From Terriglobia bacterium (GTDB taxonomy: Bacteria; Acidobacteriota; Polarisedimenticolia; Polarisedimenticolales; JAIQFR01): DNA of 64,000 nucleotides. Position numbers and translations under genes: made by a program. Location: NCBI GenBank assembly GCA_963748015.1, contig CAVVHE010000005.1, positions 64,001 through 128,000 of the forward strand. Reading direction: 5' to 3'. Positions 48,479 to 59,690 of this stretch are shown piece after piece; position 1 is the first letter of the stretch, and each line of letters begins with the position of its first letter. The notes below the pieces were generated by a model. The model was not told the origin of the DNA and ran no database searches. It saw only the letters and a program-made list of their open reading frames with translations.

Positions 48479-49978
48479 GTGACCGTCGACTCCCTCCTGA
48501 TGGTCGCGGCACTGGACGTGCCGCTTGCAACTCACTTTCGATGGAACCCATGGTCTATGCGCAGACAGAACAGCTCAGGTCAAACAGCAGAATTGATTGT
48601 CGATGAGACAGGGCGTGGATGCTCCGGTGCCTGGGCCACGTACAGCGCGGTCCTACCGATCCGGGAATCGTTTTGGGGACAGGGCCGATCCTTCGTAACG
48701 CTTGTCCTGATCATGGTGACGATTGCGCGGATGGCCGCCGCACCCGCGGCCAACAACAACCAACCCCTTTCCATCAACACGTCCACCCCTCTGACGCTGG
48801 AAGCCGCGATCCTGATTGCATGGACCGACAACCCGAACCTGAAAGCTGCGGCGGCGAATGTCGAAGCCGCCGTGGGTCGGGCCTGGCAGCTCGGGCGTTG
48901 GTCGAATCCCGAATTGGGTCTGGCCATCGAGGAATGGCCAGTCAGCACCGGCGGGGCATTTTCGGATGCCAAACAAACCATCGGCATCAGTCAGCAACTC
49001 CCATGGCCGGGCAAAAAGCGCCACGACCGCGCTCTCGGACAAGCCGGCCTGCGGCGCAGCCAGTCCGAACTGGCCCTGCTCAAGACGGAGGTGACCCGCG
49101 ATGTCAAAGCTGCATTCTATCGCGTCCTGGCCGCCCAAGCCTCGATCGAGGCCGGCGAAGAACTGCTGCGCATCGCCCAATCCTCCGCCGACGCTGCCCG
49201 CAAGCGCGTCGAGTCGGGTGCGACGCCCTATCAGGAGGAGTTGCGCGCCGAGATTCAACTGGCCCAAGCCCGCAACGAGGTCGCCGACCTCCGCCTGGAA
49301 GCTGCCGCCGCACGACATTCCCTCTTCACCCTGCTGGGCCGGCCGGACCTGTCGGGCATCGCAGTCGCCGGTTCCCTGTCGAACGCGAACGAAGAGTCGT
49401 GGCTTGAACTTGATCCGGAGCAATGGCAGGAGCGCCATCCCAGTTTCATCGCGGCCGCGGCGCGACTGCACCAGGCCGAAGCGGCGGCGCGGAGGGCGCG
49501 TTTGGAAGCCTATCCCGATATTACCGCCGGAGTGGATGGGGGCCGCCTCGGCGAAACCGACGCCTCCATTGTCGAGTTCGCGCTTTCCATCCCGCTGCCC
49601 GTCCTTGATTCCTCGAAAGGACGCAAGGCCGAGGCCGCTGCGGACGTCGTGAGCGCACGCGCGGAGATCGAAGCGGTCGGGCAGGCGCTGCATCGGGAGT
49701 GGAACAAGGCCATGCACCGCTACCGCACGGCCGGCGAACAAGTGGCCTCCTACCGCGACCAGGTCCTGCCGAAATCCCGGGAGGCACTGCGACTGGTGCA
49801 AACCGGCTTCGAGGAAGGCAAGTTTGGTTTCATCGATCTGATCGACATCCAACGCACCTTTGCGGAATCGCAACTGGCCTACCAGCAGAAGCTCCTGAAT
49901 CTCAACGTCGCCCGGGCCGAGTTGGAGGCGTTGACGCAACCTTGCCCCGTTGCAGCCCCCGCTAGAACCAAAGATTGA
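48479..49978 (+). CDS. TolC/CzcC family outer membrane efflux protein (true start probably further downstream)
   Basis: NPNLKAA, SNPEL, VKAAFYRVLAAQ, GFEEGKFGFIDLID. Confidence 0.88.
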   Translation: MTVDSLLMVAALDVPLATHFRWNPWSMRRQNSSGQTAELIVDETGRGCSGAWATYSAVLPIRESFWGQGRSFVTLVLIMVTIARMAAAPAANNNQPLSINTSTPLTLEAAILIAWTDNPNLKAAAANVEAAVGRAWQLGRWSNPELGLAIEEWPVSTGGAFSDAKQTIGISQQLPWPGKKRHDRALGQAGLRRSQSELALLKTEVTRDVKAAFYRVLAAQASIEAGEELLRIAQSSADAARKRVESGATPYQEELRAEIQLAQARNEVADLRLEAAAARHSLFTLLGRPDLSGIAVAGSLSNANEESWLELDPEQWQERHPSFIAAAARLHQAEAAARRARLEAYPDITAGVDGGRLGETDASIVEFALSIPLPVLDSSKGRKAEAAADVVSARAEIEAVGQALHREWNKAMHRYRTAGEQVASYRDQVLPKSREALRLVQTGFEEGKFGFIDLIDIQRTFAESQLAYQQKLLNLNVARAELEALTQPCPVAAPARTKD

Positions 49979-49984
49979 CCCGAT

Positions 49985-51523
49985 ATGAAACCCGCTTCCA
50001 CACGACAGTCAGAGTCCGAAGCACGAAGCCCGAAGCCCGAAAGAGTTCCGAAGCCCGAAAACCGAATCGGGCGCAAACCACCACTCGGCGGAGCAACGGT
50101 TGAGGATCCGACAGACAACGTCCCGTGCGGACCGGGATATCGGGCATGGTCTTTCGGCCCCCGGATTCCCGTGTTCCTTCGATCTTCGGTCCCCGGTCTT
50201 CGGGTTTTCAGCGCCGCCGCTGCATCGGGGACGAAGAGCCGGAAACCATCGTTCAAGTGCCTGGCCACGACTGTCCTGCTGAGCACCGTCATTGCCGTTG
50301 CAACCGGTTGCTCGGACCCTGCGTCACGGGACGCCGATCGAGAACATGCCGTGCATGACGGCGCGGGGCATGACCACGGCACTCCTGATTCCGGGGAAAC
50401 CAACTCCCCGGCCATGTGCAGTGAACACCGGGTAGCGGAAGCCGAATGCGGCATCTGCAATCCGCACCTCATTGAGAGCCTCGCGCCGGGCCAGGGACTC
50501 AAGGTGCGAATGCCCGCACCCGGATCCGCGGCGGCCGCCGGCATCGAAACCGCCCGACCCCGCCCTGCCGCCCTGGGAGATTCTGTCGAGTGCCTGGCCA
50601 CACTGGCGTTCAACCAGAACAAACTGGCCCGGGTCGTGGCACCGGTGGGTGGGTTCCTGCATGAGGTCACCACCGACCTCGGTCAACACGTGCGGGAGGG
50701 CCAGACCCTGGCCAAACTGTGGTCGGCCACCATCGCCGAAGCCATCGCCAAGGCCGTTCTCACCCACCAAACCCTCGACCGCGAACGCCGGCTGCGCGTG
50801 GAACGGGTCACCTCGGAGCAGGATCTGCAGCAAGCCGAAGCGGAACATCGCGCCGCCTGCCAACAGTTGCGCACCTTCGGCTTCACCGAAGCGCAAATCG
50901 ACGCGCTGAGCCGGTCCCCGCAGGAATCGGTGCTGCTGGAAGTGCGCGCACCGTTCGACGGTGAGATCGTCGAGCGTGATGCGGTGCGGGGCGCGCTGGT
51001 CGAGCCCGGCAAACCGTTGTTCACGGTCGCAGACCGCTCGGTGATGTGGGCGGAGCTGAGCGTGCCCGAATCCGCGCTGGCGCTCGTGCAAACCGGTCAG
51101 GTGGTGGAAATCTCGATCGAGGCCCTGCCGGGGCGCACCTTTGTCGGACATCTCACCTGGATTGCGCCGGCCGTTGACGAACGCACCCGCATGGCCCGGG
51201 CACGCGCCGAGATTCCCAATCCGGACGGACGCCTCCGAGCCGGCCTGTTTGTGAGGGCCCGGATTCTTTCCTCGTCGGCACAGCACTCGATGGCGGTGCC
51301 CTCGGCCGGGGTGCAGTTCGTGGGGACCCAGCCGCTGGTGTTCGTGAAGCTGGAGGAAGATCTCTATGAAGCCCGTGCGGTCGAACTGGGACCGGAACGG
51401 GACCAGCTCCGGGCCATCCGCCGCGGTTTGCAGCCCCACGAAGATGTGGCTGTCTGCCAGGTGTTCGCCTTGAAATCCCAACTGCTGTTGTCCCGGCTCG
51501 GCGCCGGCTGCGCCCATGAATAG
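49985..51523 (+). CDS. CzcB-like RND periplasmic adaptor with N-terminal heavy-metal-binding motif (start uncertain)
   Basis: CSEHRVAEAECGICNP, VRAPFDGEIVER, VDERTRMARARAEIPNPDGRLRAG, C-terminal GAGCAHE. Confidence 0.88.
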   Translation: MKPASTRQSESEARSPKPERVPKPENRIGRKPPLGGATVEDPTDNVPCGPGYRAWSFGPRIPVFLRSSVPGLRVFSAAAASGTKSRKPSFKCLATTVLLSTVIAVATGCSDPASRDADREHAVHDGAGHDHGTPDSGETNSPAMCSEHRVAEAECGICNPHLIESLAPGQGLKVRMPAPGSAAAAGIETARPRPAALGDSVECLATLAFNQNKLARVVAPVGGFLHEVTTDLGQHVREGQTLAKLWSATIAEAIAKAVLTHQTLDRERRLRVERVTSEQDLQQAEAEHRAACQQLRTFGFTEAQIDALSRSPQESVLLEVRAPFDGEIVERDAVRGALVEPGKPLFTVADRSVMWAELSVPESALALVQTGQVVEISIEALPGRTFVGHLTWIAPAVDERTRMARARAEIPNPDGRLRAGLFVRARILSSSAQHSMAVPSAGVQFVGTQPLVFVKLEEDLYEARAVELGPERDQLRAIRRGLQPHEDVAVCQVFALKSQLLLSRLGAGCAHE

Positions 51524-51529
51524 TTCCAG

Positions 51530-54500
51530 ATGCTGAACACCCTCATCACCTTCTCACTGCGCAACCGCCTGCTGGTCTGCGTGCTCACGGCGGTGCTGGT
51601 CCTGCTCGGGACACGCGCCTTGCTCCATTTGCCCGTGGACGCCTTCCCGGACACCACCCCCGTCCAAGTGCAGATCAACACCCGCGTCCCCACGCTCAAC
51701 GCCTTCGAAGTCGAACAGCAGGTCACGCTGCCTGTGGAACTCGCGGTCACCGGATTGCCCGGCCTGGCCAACCTGAGGTCGGTGTCCAAGTTCGGCCTGT
51801 CCCAGGTCGTGGCCACGTTCGACGACGACACCGGCATCTACCTGGCCCGCCAGCTCATCATGGAACGGCTGCAGGGGGTGGAACTCCCCGAGGACGTGGT
51901 GCGCCCCGAGTTGGGACCCATCTCATCGGGTCTGGGCGAGGTGTTCCATTACATCGTGCGGTCGGACGACACGAACCGGTCCCTGACCGACCTGCGGGAG
52001 TGGCACGACTGGGTCATCAAGCCCGAGCTGCTCAAGGTGCCGGGCGTCGCCGAGGTCAATTCCTGGGGCGGTTACAAGAAGCAGTTCGAGGTGGTGACTG
52101 ATCCGGACCGGCTGGTTGAGTACCGCCTCACCTTCGAAGACCTCGTGGCCGCCCTCGAAGCCAACAACGCCAATGTCGGCGGCGGCCAGATCGTGCGCGG
52201 GGGCGAATCCCTGCTGGTGCACGGCGTCGGGTTGGTGACCGACACCCGGCAGATCGGCGAGATCGTGATCGCCGCGCACGACGGCCTGCCCGTCCGCGTG
52301 CGCGACGTGGCCGAAGTGAAAGTCGGGCACGAGATCCGACAGGGTGCGGTGACAGCCGGGGGCCGGGGGAAGCGGTGCTGGGGTTGGGTTTCATGTTGAT
52401 GGGCGAAAACAGCGCCGTGGTGACCCATGCGCTGAGGGAGAAACTGGACCAGGTTCGCCCGAGCCTTCCCACCGATGTGCGGGTGGAGGTGCTCTATGAC
52501 CGCACAGAGCTGGTCGCCAAGGTCATCCGCACCGTGCAACACAACCTGCTGGCCGGCGCGCTGCTGGTGATCGCCGTGTTGTTCGCGTTCCTCGGGAGCC
52601 TCCGCGCCGGCCTGATCGTGGCGCTGGGCATCCCACTGTCCATGCTGTTCGCGGGCAATCTGATGATGGAAGCCGGCATCGCCGCCAGCTTGCTCAGCCT
52701 GGGCGCCATCGATTTCGGACTGATCGTGGACAGCTCGGTGATCATGGTGGAGAACTGCGCCCGGCACGCCAGCCGGCGCGGCAACAAGCCCTGGCAGGAT
52801 ACCATCCGGGACGCCGCCATCGAGGTGCGCAAACCCACGTTGTTCGGGGAACTCATCATCCTGATCGTCTTCCTGCCCATCCTTACGCTGGAAGGCATCG
52901 AGGGCAAACTGTTCCGGCCCATGGCCCTGACCATGATCTTCGCCCTGCTCGGATCGCTGCTGATTTCGCTGACCCTGATGCCGGTGCTGGCCAGCCTGCT
53001 GTTGCCCCGTGATCTCAAAGAGCGCGATCCCTGGTTGGTGCGACTGGCGCAACGAGCCTATTCACCCGTGCTCACCTTCGCCCTGCAACACCGGGCCTTG
53101 ATCCTCATCCTGACCCTGGCGCTGGTGGGCGGTGCCGCCGGGCTGGCCACACGAATGGGGGGCGAATTCCTGCCCAAGCTCGGCGAACAAGCCCTCGCCG
53201 TCAGCACCGTCCGGCTGGCCGGCATCTCGGTCGAGGAAGCCGTCGCCTGGAACCACCGCATCGAACGCGTCCTGCTCGAACGGTTCCCCGACGAGATTGC
53301 GCGCCTCTGGACCCGCCTGGGCACGGCGGAAGTGGCAACCGACCCCATGGGCATTGAACTCTCGGACTTCTTCATCGCGCTGAAGCCGCGATCCCAGTGG
53401 ACCCGGGCCCGGACGCAGCCGGAGCTGGTCGAGGCCATGCGGGAAGTCTTCAAGGAACAACCCGGCATGACGGCGGCGTTCAGCCAGCCCATCGAGATGC
53501 GCATGAACGAAATGATCGCCGGCGTACGGGGCGATGTGGCCGTGAAGATCTACGGCGACGATCTCGAAACGCTCGCCGATCTCGACTCCCAAGTGCAGGG
53601 CATCCTCGGGGAAACACCCGGGGCAAGCGAGGTGGCCGGCGAACAACTCACCGGCCAGCCCGTGCTGCGCGTGGAGATCGATTCCGACGCCATCGCCCGG
53701 TTCGGACTGCCCCGACAGCAGGTGCTGAATCTCGTCGAAGCGGTCGGCGCCAAACGGGTGGGCGAAATCCGCGAAGGCCAGCGCCGATTCCCGCTCGTTG
53801 TGCGATTGCCCGACCGGCAGCGCACCGATCCCGAGGCGCTCGCCCAAACACTGATCCCCACCGCCTCCGGGCCCGTCCTGCCGTTGAACCGCGTCGCCCG
53901 GGTGGTGGAATCGGAGGGCCCGGCCGCCATCAACCGCGAGTGGGCCCGGCGCCGCGTGACGGTGCAGTGCAACGTGCGGGACCGGGATGTGGCGGGTTTT
54001 GTGGCCGAGGCGAAGGCGCGCATCGCCCGCGAGGTCCGCCTCCCGGTGGGCTACACCATCGAGTGGGGCGGCCAGTTTGAGAATATGGAACGGGCCAACC
54101 AAAGCCTGATGCTCGTCGTGCCCCTCGCGCTGGGTCTGATCGTTGTCCTGCTCTACTTCAGCCTCAGATTACTGCGCGACGTGATCATCGTCGCCACCGG
54201 CATTCCCCTCGGGGCCGTCGGCGGCGTGCTGGCGCTGTGGTCGCGTGGGATGCCCTTCACCGTGAGCGCCGCGATTGGCTTTGTCGCACTCAGCGGGGTG
54301 GCCATCCTCAATGGTTTGGTGCTGGTCACATTTATCAAACAGAAACTCGAGGCCGGCGCCCCCCTCATGGAGGCCGTGCGGGAGGGTTGCCTGGTGCGCT
54401 TGCGCCCCGTGCTCATGACCGCCCTGGTCGCCGCCGCCGGATTCCTGCCCATGGCCGTAAACGTCGGCGTGGGCGGCGAAGTGCAACGTCCGTTGGCGAC

Positions 54501-54630
54501 CGTCGTCATCGGCGGCATCGTCACCAACACCCTCCTCACCCTCCTGGTCCTCCCCACCCTCTACACCACCTTCCGACCATCCAAACGGCGAAACCTGATA
54601 CAGCATCGGGTCCTTTCAGCAGGAATATGA
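51530..54630 (+). CDS. czcA: CusA/CzcA family heavy-metal RND transporter (frameshift near 52370)
   Basis: DAFPDTTPVQVQI, SKFGLS, SLGAIDFGLIVD, EGKLFRPMA, RLRPVLMTA, VQRPLATVVIGG. Confidence 0.92.
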
Positions 54631-54793
54631 TCCGCCTCAGCGCGTCCAGTTGGCCGCTCCCATGTCTGGACGTTGGAAATCATCCCTGGGTTGCTCCCGG
54701 GCAGAGTGCTTCCACACGCGGAGAAGGATCCCTCCTGGGCGGGTTGGGCGGTTTGTTGGACGCCGACAACCCGTAAGCAGCCACGGGCCCGGC

Positions 54794-55321
54794 TCACCCT
54801 TCCGCCGGCTTCACAAAACTGAGGTCGACAATCAGGTCTGAAGCGATTCGTTCCAACTCGCTTTGGATCGCATCGGGATCACAGCCCGCAGGCAGGAGGA
54901 CCTTGGCACGGGCCTTGAACAGAGGTTCGCCCGACATCGCAGCGCTGGAGACTTCCGACGAGAGATCCTCGACATTCACCCCATGCCGGGCCAGGGCGTG
55001 TGAGATCTGACGGACGATCCCAGGTCGGTCGTGGCCCACAACCTCCAGGAGGCGCAACTCGCCCGCAATCGACTTGCGGCTGGGATCCTCGTGGACCACC
55101 ACCTTCAGGCCAGCGGTCTCGATCGCCCGCAGCGATTCCAGGAAGGCTGCTTTCCGTCCCTCGGGCAGCTCGATTCGCAGGATCCCTGCAAATTGGCCGC
55201 CCAGGCGTGACATCCGGCTCTCGAGCCAGTTGCCTTCGTGGTCAGCAATCACGCCCGCAAGGGCATCCACCAAGCCGGGCCGGTCAGTGGCCATCACGGT
55301 CATTACCAAGGAAGTGAGCAT
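54794..55321 (-). CDS. GcvR-like double ACT domain protein
   Basis: DRPGLV...NWLESRM...GQFAG; GHDRPGIV. Confidence 0.88.
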   Translation of the reverse strand: MLTSLVMTVMATDRPGLVDALAGVIADHEGNWLESRMSRLGGQFAGILRIELPEGRKAAFLESLRAIETAGLKVVVHEDPSRKSIAGELRLLEVVGHDRPGIVRQISHALARHGVNVEDLSSEVSSAAMSGEPLFKARAKVLLPAGCDPDAIQSELERIASDLIVDLSFVKPAEG

Positions 55322-55496
55322 GCCGTCCTGCTACGCCGGCACCGCCCATCGCGCAAGGCGAATCTGTCCCCGCCCGTTGCCACTTGCATTCATTCAGCCG
55401 GGCAGCGAACAGGGCGTGCAGCCCACTCTTCTAAAGGTGCGTGCGAACTTGGCTCCAGTTGGAGACGAATTCAGGCCCCCCTGAACTGGCATGTTG

Positions 55497-56057
55497 CTAT
55501 TCTCCAATCCAAACCAGCGTGCCCATCGGGAGTCGATCGAACAGGGGCAGGAGATCGGAAGCGGCGACGTGAATGCAGCCGGAAGAGGCAGGCCGACCGA
55601 GGGTGGTCTCGTCCCCAAACCCGTGAATGTAAATGTAGCGCCGGAAGGAATCCTTGGACCCGCCGCGATTCAGCCCGGGTTCAAGCCCTTCGAGCCAGAG
55701 GATGCGATGACAGATCGCGGCATCGGGCATTCCTTGTCGTGTGATCCCGACCGCGCGCCGGCCCCGGAAGACCGTGCCGATGGGGTGGCCTGCGCCGATC
55801 TTGCGCGCGACGCGATGCAATCCGAGCGGGGTTCGGAACGAGCCCTCCTGCTGTCCCGTCCCGTGCTTCGAGGTGGAGATTCGGAACCGGCGCTTGAGAC
55901 GGATCAACCCGGCCGGATCGATTTCGCACTCTGCCATTCGCTGATGGCGAATGCTGACGAGGAGAATGGACCGGGGGGGCCGGCCTGCCCATTGTCTGAG
56001 CGCCAGACGGAGCGCGGGCGACACCCGAGGGGCGCGGGCAGACGCGGCTCTGCTCAT
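55497..56057 (-). CDS. L,D-transpeptidase (YkuD) family protein
   Basis: TPLG, IYIHG, PASSGCIH. Confidence 0.85.
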   Translation of the reverse strand: MSRAASARAPRVSPALRLALRQWAGRPPRSILLVSIRHQRMAECEIDPAGLIRLKRRFRISTSKHGTGQQEGSFRTPLGLHRVARKIGAGHPIGTVFRGRRAVGITRQGMPDAAICHRILWLEGLEPGLNRGGSKDSFRRYIYIHGFGDETTLGRPASSGCIHVAASDLLPLFDRLPMGTLVWIGE

Positions 56058-57336
56058 GAGAGCTTCTTGATCAGCACCTTGGACTTGCGTCCGCTCTGGT
56101 CGTACTTCTCCCGCCGGGCCGCGGGCAAGTCGTCCGGCGCGCCTTCCATGAATCCGGCCTTGGACTGGAAGTAGGTGAACGCCTGAGTGGACAGGGTGAG
56201 CAGTTCCTTGAAGCCCCCCTCCCGGGCCTTGGTTTCGACAAAGGCGATCAGCTTGCGTCCGATGCCCTGGTTCTCATGGGAGGGGCTGACGTAGAGACAG
56301 GCCAGTTCGGCCTTGGCCAGCTCGGGAAACGGGTGGAGGGCGATGCAGGCCACGGGGTTCTTGTCGATCTCGAAAATGTAGTAGTCCCGAGAGTGTTTCT
56401 CGATGGTGGCGCGGGTGCGTTTGACGAGTTCGGCGGTTGCAACGGATTGCTGGATGAGGTGTTGGATGTGGCGAACGTCCTTCTTCAAGGCGCGCCGTAT
56501 GTATTGATACTCGTTGGCGTAGATCAGGGTGCCAATGCCCTCGTTGGAGAACACCTCCGCCAGCAACCCCTCGTCCACCCGTCCGTTGATCACATGCACC
56601 CGCGGGACACCCGCCTCGCAGGCCGCCACCGCATGCACCGCCTTCGACAGCGTTTCCGGGGCAAACCTGGCCCGGTCAGCCACCAGCCATCTTCTCGAGG
56701 TCCGCCACCAGCATCTGCCGGATCAACTGCCCACCAAACTGCAGCCCGTCGGTGGTGGTGATAAAGATCAATTTGGTCGCCTTGAGCGCCGTCGCCACCT
56801 CCACGGCCACGCCGTCCGAATTCACCCGGTAGGTCTTGCCTTCGCCGTCAAACCCGAGCGGGGGAAGCACCGGAATGATGCCGTTGTCGAGCAGGTGCTG
56901 CAGAAAATCAACGTCCACGCGCTCGACCTTGCCGGTCAACTGCTGGTCCACCCCTCCGAGGATGCCCATGGGATGGGCGATCACGGCGTTGGTGGACACG
57001 GCCCGCAGGTCGTTGGCGGAAAGGCCCTCCAGGATTTCGTGGGTGAGCTGATTGGCGGCGGTCAGCGCGAGCTGCAAGCGTGTCGGCGTCGGTGATGCCG
57101 GTGCCGTCCAGATTGCTGGGGTGCACCCTCTGTTGTTCCGCCAGCGCGCGCGATTGCGCTGAGGCGCCATGCACCAGCACCACGCGGATGCTCAGCGAAC
57201 GCAGCACCGCCACGTCGAGCAGGAGATTGGCAAAATTCTCGTCGCCCACCACCGCCCCGTCCACCGCCAGGATGAACACCTTGTCCCGGAACCGGGGGAT
57301 GTATTGCAGGATGCCCCGCAGATCAGTTGGTTTCAC
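56054..57336 (-). CDS. argA: Amino-acid N-acetyltransferase (about 2 frameshifts)
   Basis: LRGILQYIPRFRDK, VLVHGA, RVNSD, GVPRVH..NGR..GLLAEVFSNEGIGT, C-terminal GNAT (ELACLYV, RKSKV). Confidence 0.9.
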
Positions 57337-57448
57337 AAATCGCGCGTGATTGAATTTGATTCAGGGGCTCACGGGAACCCGTGCCGCCCAGCCCTGCCGG
57401 ATAACTAGGGGCTTTTGGACGTGATTCAACCCAAATCTTGAACGGCGC

Positions 57449-58347
57449 TCAATCCAGCCACCGCTGCGTGAGGCCGCCATACGCGTCAATCCGCCGATCG
57501 CGCAGGAAGGGCCAATGCGTTCGCGTCTCCTCCACCCGGGCCAGATCCACCGGCACCACCAGCACGCTTTCCCGGTCCACGCGGCGCCTTGGCCAGGATC
57601 TCGCCCGACGTGCCTGCGACAAAGCTTTGTCCCCAGAACTCGATACCGTCCCCGCTCACCGGTCGCTCGTGGCCGATGCGGTTCACGGCGGCCACATAAC
57701 AGCCGTTGGCCACGGCGTGGCCGCGCTGGATGGTTTCCCAGGCCGCGTGCTGGCGTTCGCCCGGCGCCGCCTTTTCAGCGGGATGCCAGCCGATGGCGGT
57801 GGGGTAGAAGAGAATCTCGCGCCCCCCGCAGGGCCGTCAGCCGGGCCGCCTCGGGATACCACTGATCCCAGCAGATCAGCACCCCGATCCGTCCGTAGCG
57901 CGTCTCCCACGCACGAAACCCGAGGTCCCCCGGGGTGAAATAGAACTTCTCGTAGTAGAGCGGATCGTCCGGGATGTGCATCTTCCGATAGACGCCCAGC
58001 AAGGAACCGTCGGCGTCAATGATCACGGCGGTGTTGTGATAGACCCCGGCCGCGCGGTGCTCGAACAGTGAGGCGATGATCACCACCCGATGCTTGCGCG
58101 CCAGCCGGCAGAATGCGTCCGTGCTGGGCCCTGGAATGCGCTCGGCGAGCTTGAAATTGGCGTAATCCTCGGACTGGCAGAAGTATTGGGACCGGAACAA
58201 CTCCTGGGTGCACAGGATCTGGGCGCCCTTTCGAGTGGCCTTCTCGGCCAGCAGCAGGGTGCGGCGGAGATTCTGCCTGGGATCGTCCGTGGCGTGGGTT
58301 TGGAGCAGACCCAGTCGGACCGCGCTGGAAGGCACCGCGCGCTTCAT
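57449..58347 (-). CDS. Carbon-nitrogen hydrolase, N-carbamoylputrescine amidase-like (frameshifted)
   Basis: QELF..YFCQ, YRKMHIPDDPLYYEKFYFTPGD, ICWDQWYPE, NRIG, FWGQSF, LRDRRIDAY. Confidence 0.88.
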
Positions 58348-59357
58348 GGCTTCGGGTCTCGCAACCGGGCGGTTTCCTCCAGGACCTGGGTGTGCCCGGT
58401 CGAGATGTCCGCAGCCCGGCACACCGGAGTTTGCCCGAACAGCCCCCGGATGAACTTGCCGAGCGTCTCATTGGTTGGACCGTAGCCGCTGTGGTAGATG
58501 TAATGCTCCAGGTCGTAGAGCATTTCATCCGCGTTGGGATAGCGATGATCGAGATTCCGGGCCAGCGCCTTGTGCAGGATCTCGTTCAGCCGATCGTCCA
58601 CCCGCTCGTCCAGGGAACGAAAATCCGGCAGGGTCATCGTCAGGATGCGGTCCCGCGACTCCTCCGGGCTGGCTCCCTTGAAGATGTTCCGGCCGAGCAA
58701 CAGATCCGCAAGCACGACGCCGGCGGAGAAGAGATCCGACCGTTTGTCGGTGATCTGGAAGTCGGCCTGCTCGGGGCTCATGAAATCGGCCTTGCCCGCC
58801 ACCACTTCACCTTCCTTGTCGGTAAGGAATCCGCGGGCCTTGGCGATGCCGAAGTCGGTCAGCTTCACATCGCCCTCGAAGGCAATCATGATGTTCTTGA
58901 AGCTCACATCCCGGTGCACGATTCCCAGGGGCGCCCCGTTCCCGTCGGCCTTGGCATGCGCGTACGCCAACCCCCGGCACACCCGGCTGGCAATAAACAC
59001 CGCCAGCTCCTTGGAGAGATGCACCCGCTTGTCCAGCAACTGTTGCCCGAACTGCTCGAGGTTCACCCCCCGGATCAGTTCCATGCAGATGAAAAACATC
59101 CGGTTGGTTTCCCCCAGGTGATAGGTCTGGACAATGTTGGTGTGAATGAGGTCTGCCACCAGCTTGGCCTCGCCAATGAAATTCTCGATAAACTCCTTTT
59201 GGGTGGCGTAGTTCTGGCGGATGACCTTGATGGCCACGCGCTTCACGAAACCGGATGCGCCCCGTTGCTCGGCTTCGTAAACAATGCCCATGCCGCCCTC
59301 GTAAATCTGCCGGACGATGTCGTATTGAAAACTGTTCTGTATGCTGAACATCGGCAT
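58344..59357 (-). CDS. Hanks-type Ser/Thr protein kinase (kinase domain only)
   Basis: GGMGIVY, VAIK, IVHRDVS, DFGIAK, MSPEQ, SDLFSAG. Confidence 0.93.
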   Translation of the reverse strand: MPMFSIQNSFQYDIVRQIYEGGMGIVYEAEQRGASGFVKRVAIKVIRQNYATQKEFIENFIGEAKLVADLIHTNIVQTYHLGETNRMFFICMELIRGVNLEQFGQQLLDKRVHLSKELAVFIASRVCRGLAYAHAKADGNGAPLGIVHRDVSFKNIMIAFEGDVKLTDFGIAKARGFLTDKEGEVVAGKADFMSPEQADFQITDKRSDLFSAGVVLADLLLGRNIFKGASPEESRDRILTMTLPDFRSLDERVDDRLNEILHKALARNLDHRYPNADEMLYDLEHYIYHSGYGPTNETLGKFIRGLFGQTPVCRAADISTGHTQVLEETARLRDPKP

Positions 59358-59690
59358 TCCGCTGCGATGTTCAGGAAACACTTCTCCAAGTCAAGTTTTG
59401 GCGAGCCCCGCGACGGGATTCGGATGCGGTCCTCATGAACACCGGATTCATCCCGCAACGGCGCTCGCAGACCGGACGCAACCAGGCGTGCGATGAACAT
59501 TCGGCTGGAGGACAGCATAGCCGCAGGAAGCCGGGGTTCCGCGGCGCCATTTCCATTTCAACAACACACCTGCGCATGGGTGCATCGGATTGAACGATCG
59601 CGCGAACCCAGCGATCGAACCTGCGCTTGACAGTGGGCCGGCCATCCCAATCCTAGTCGCGCGACCGGTTGGGCGCATTCGCCAGAAGCC

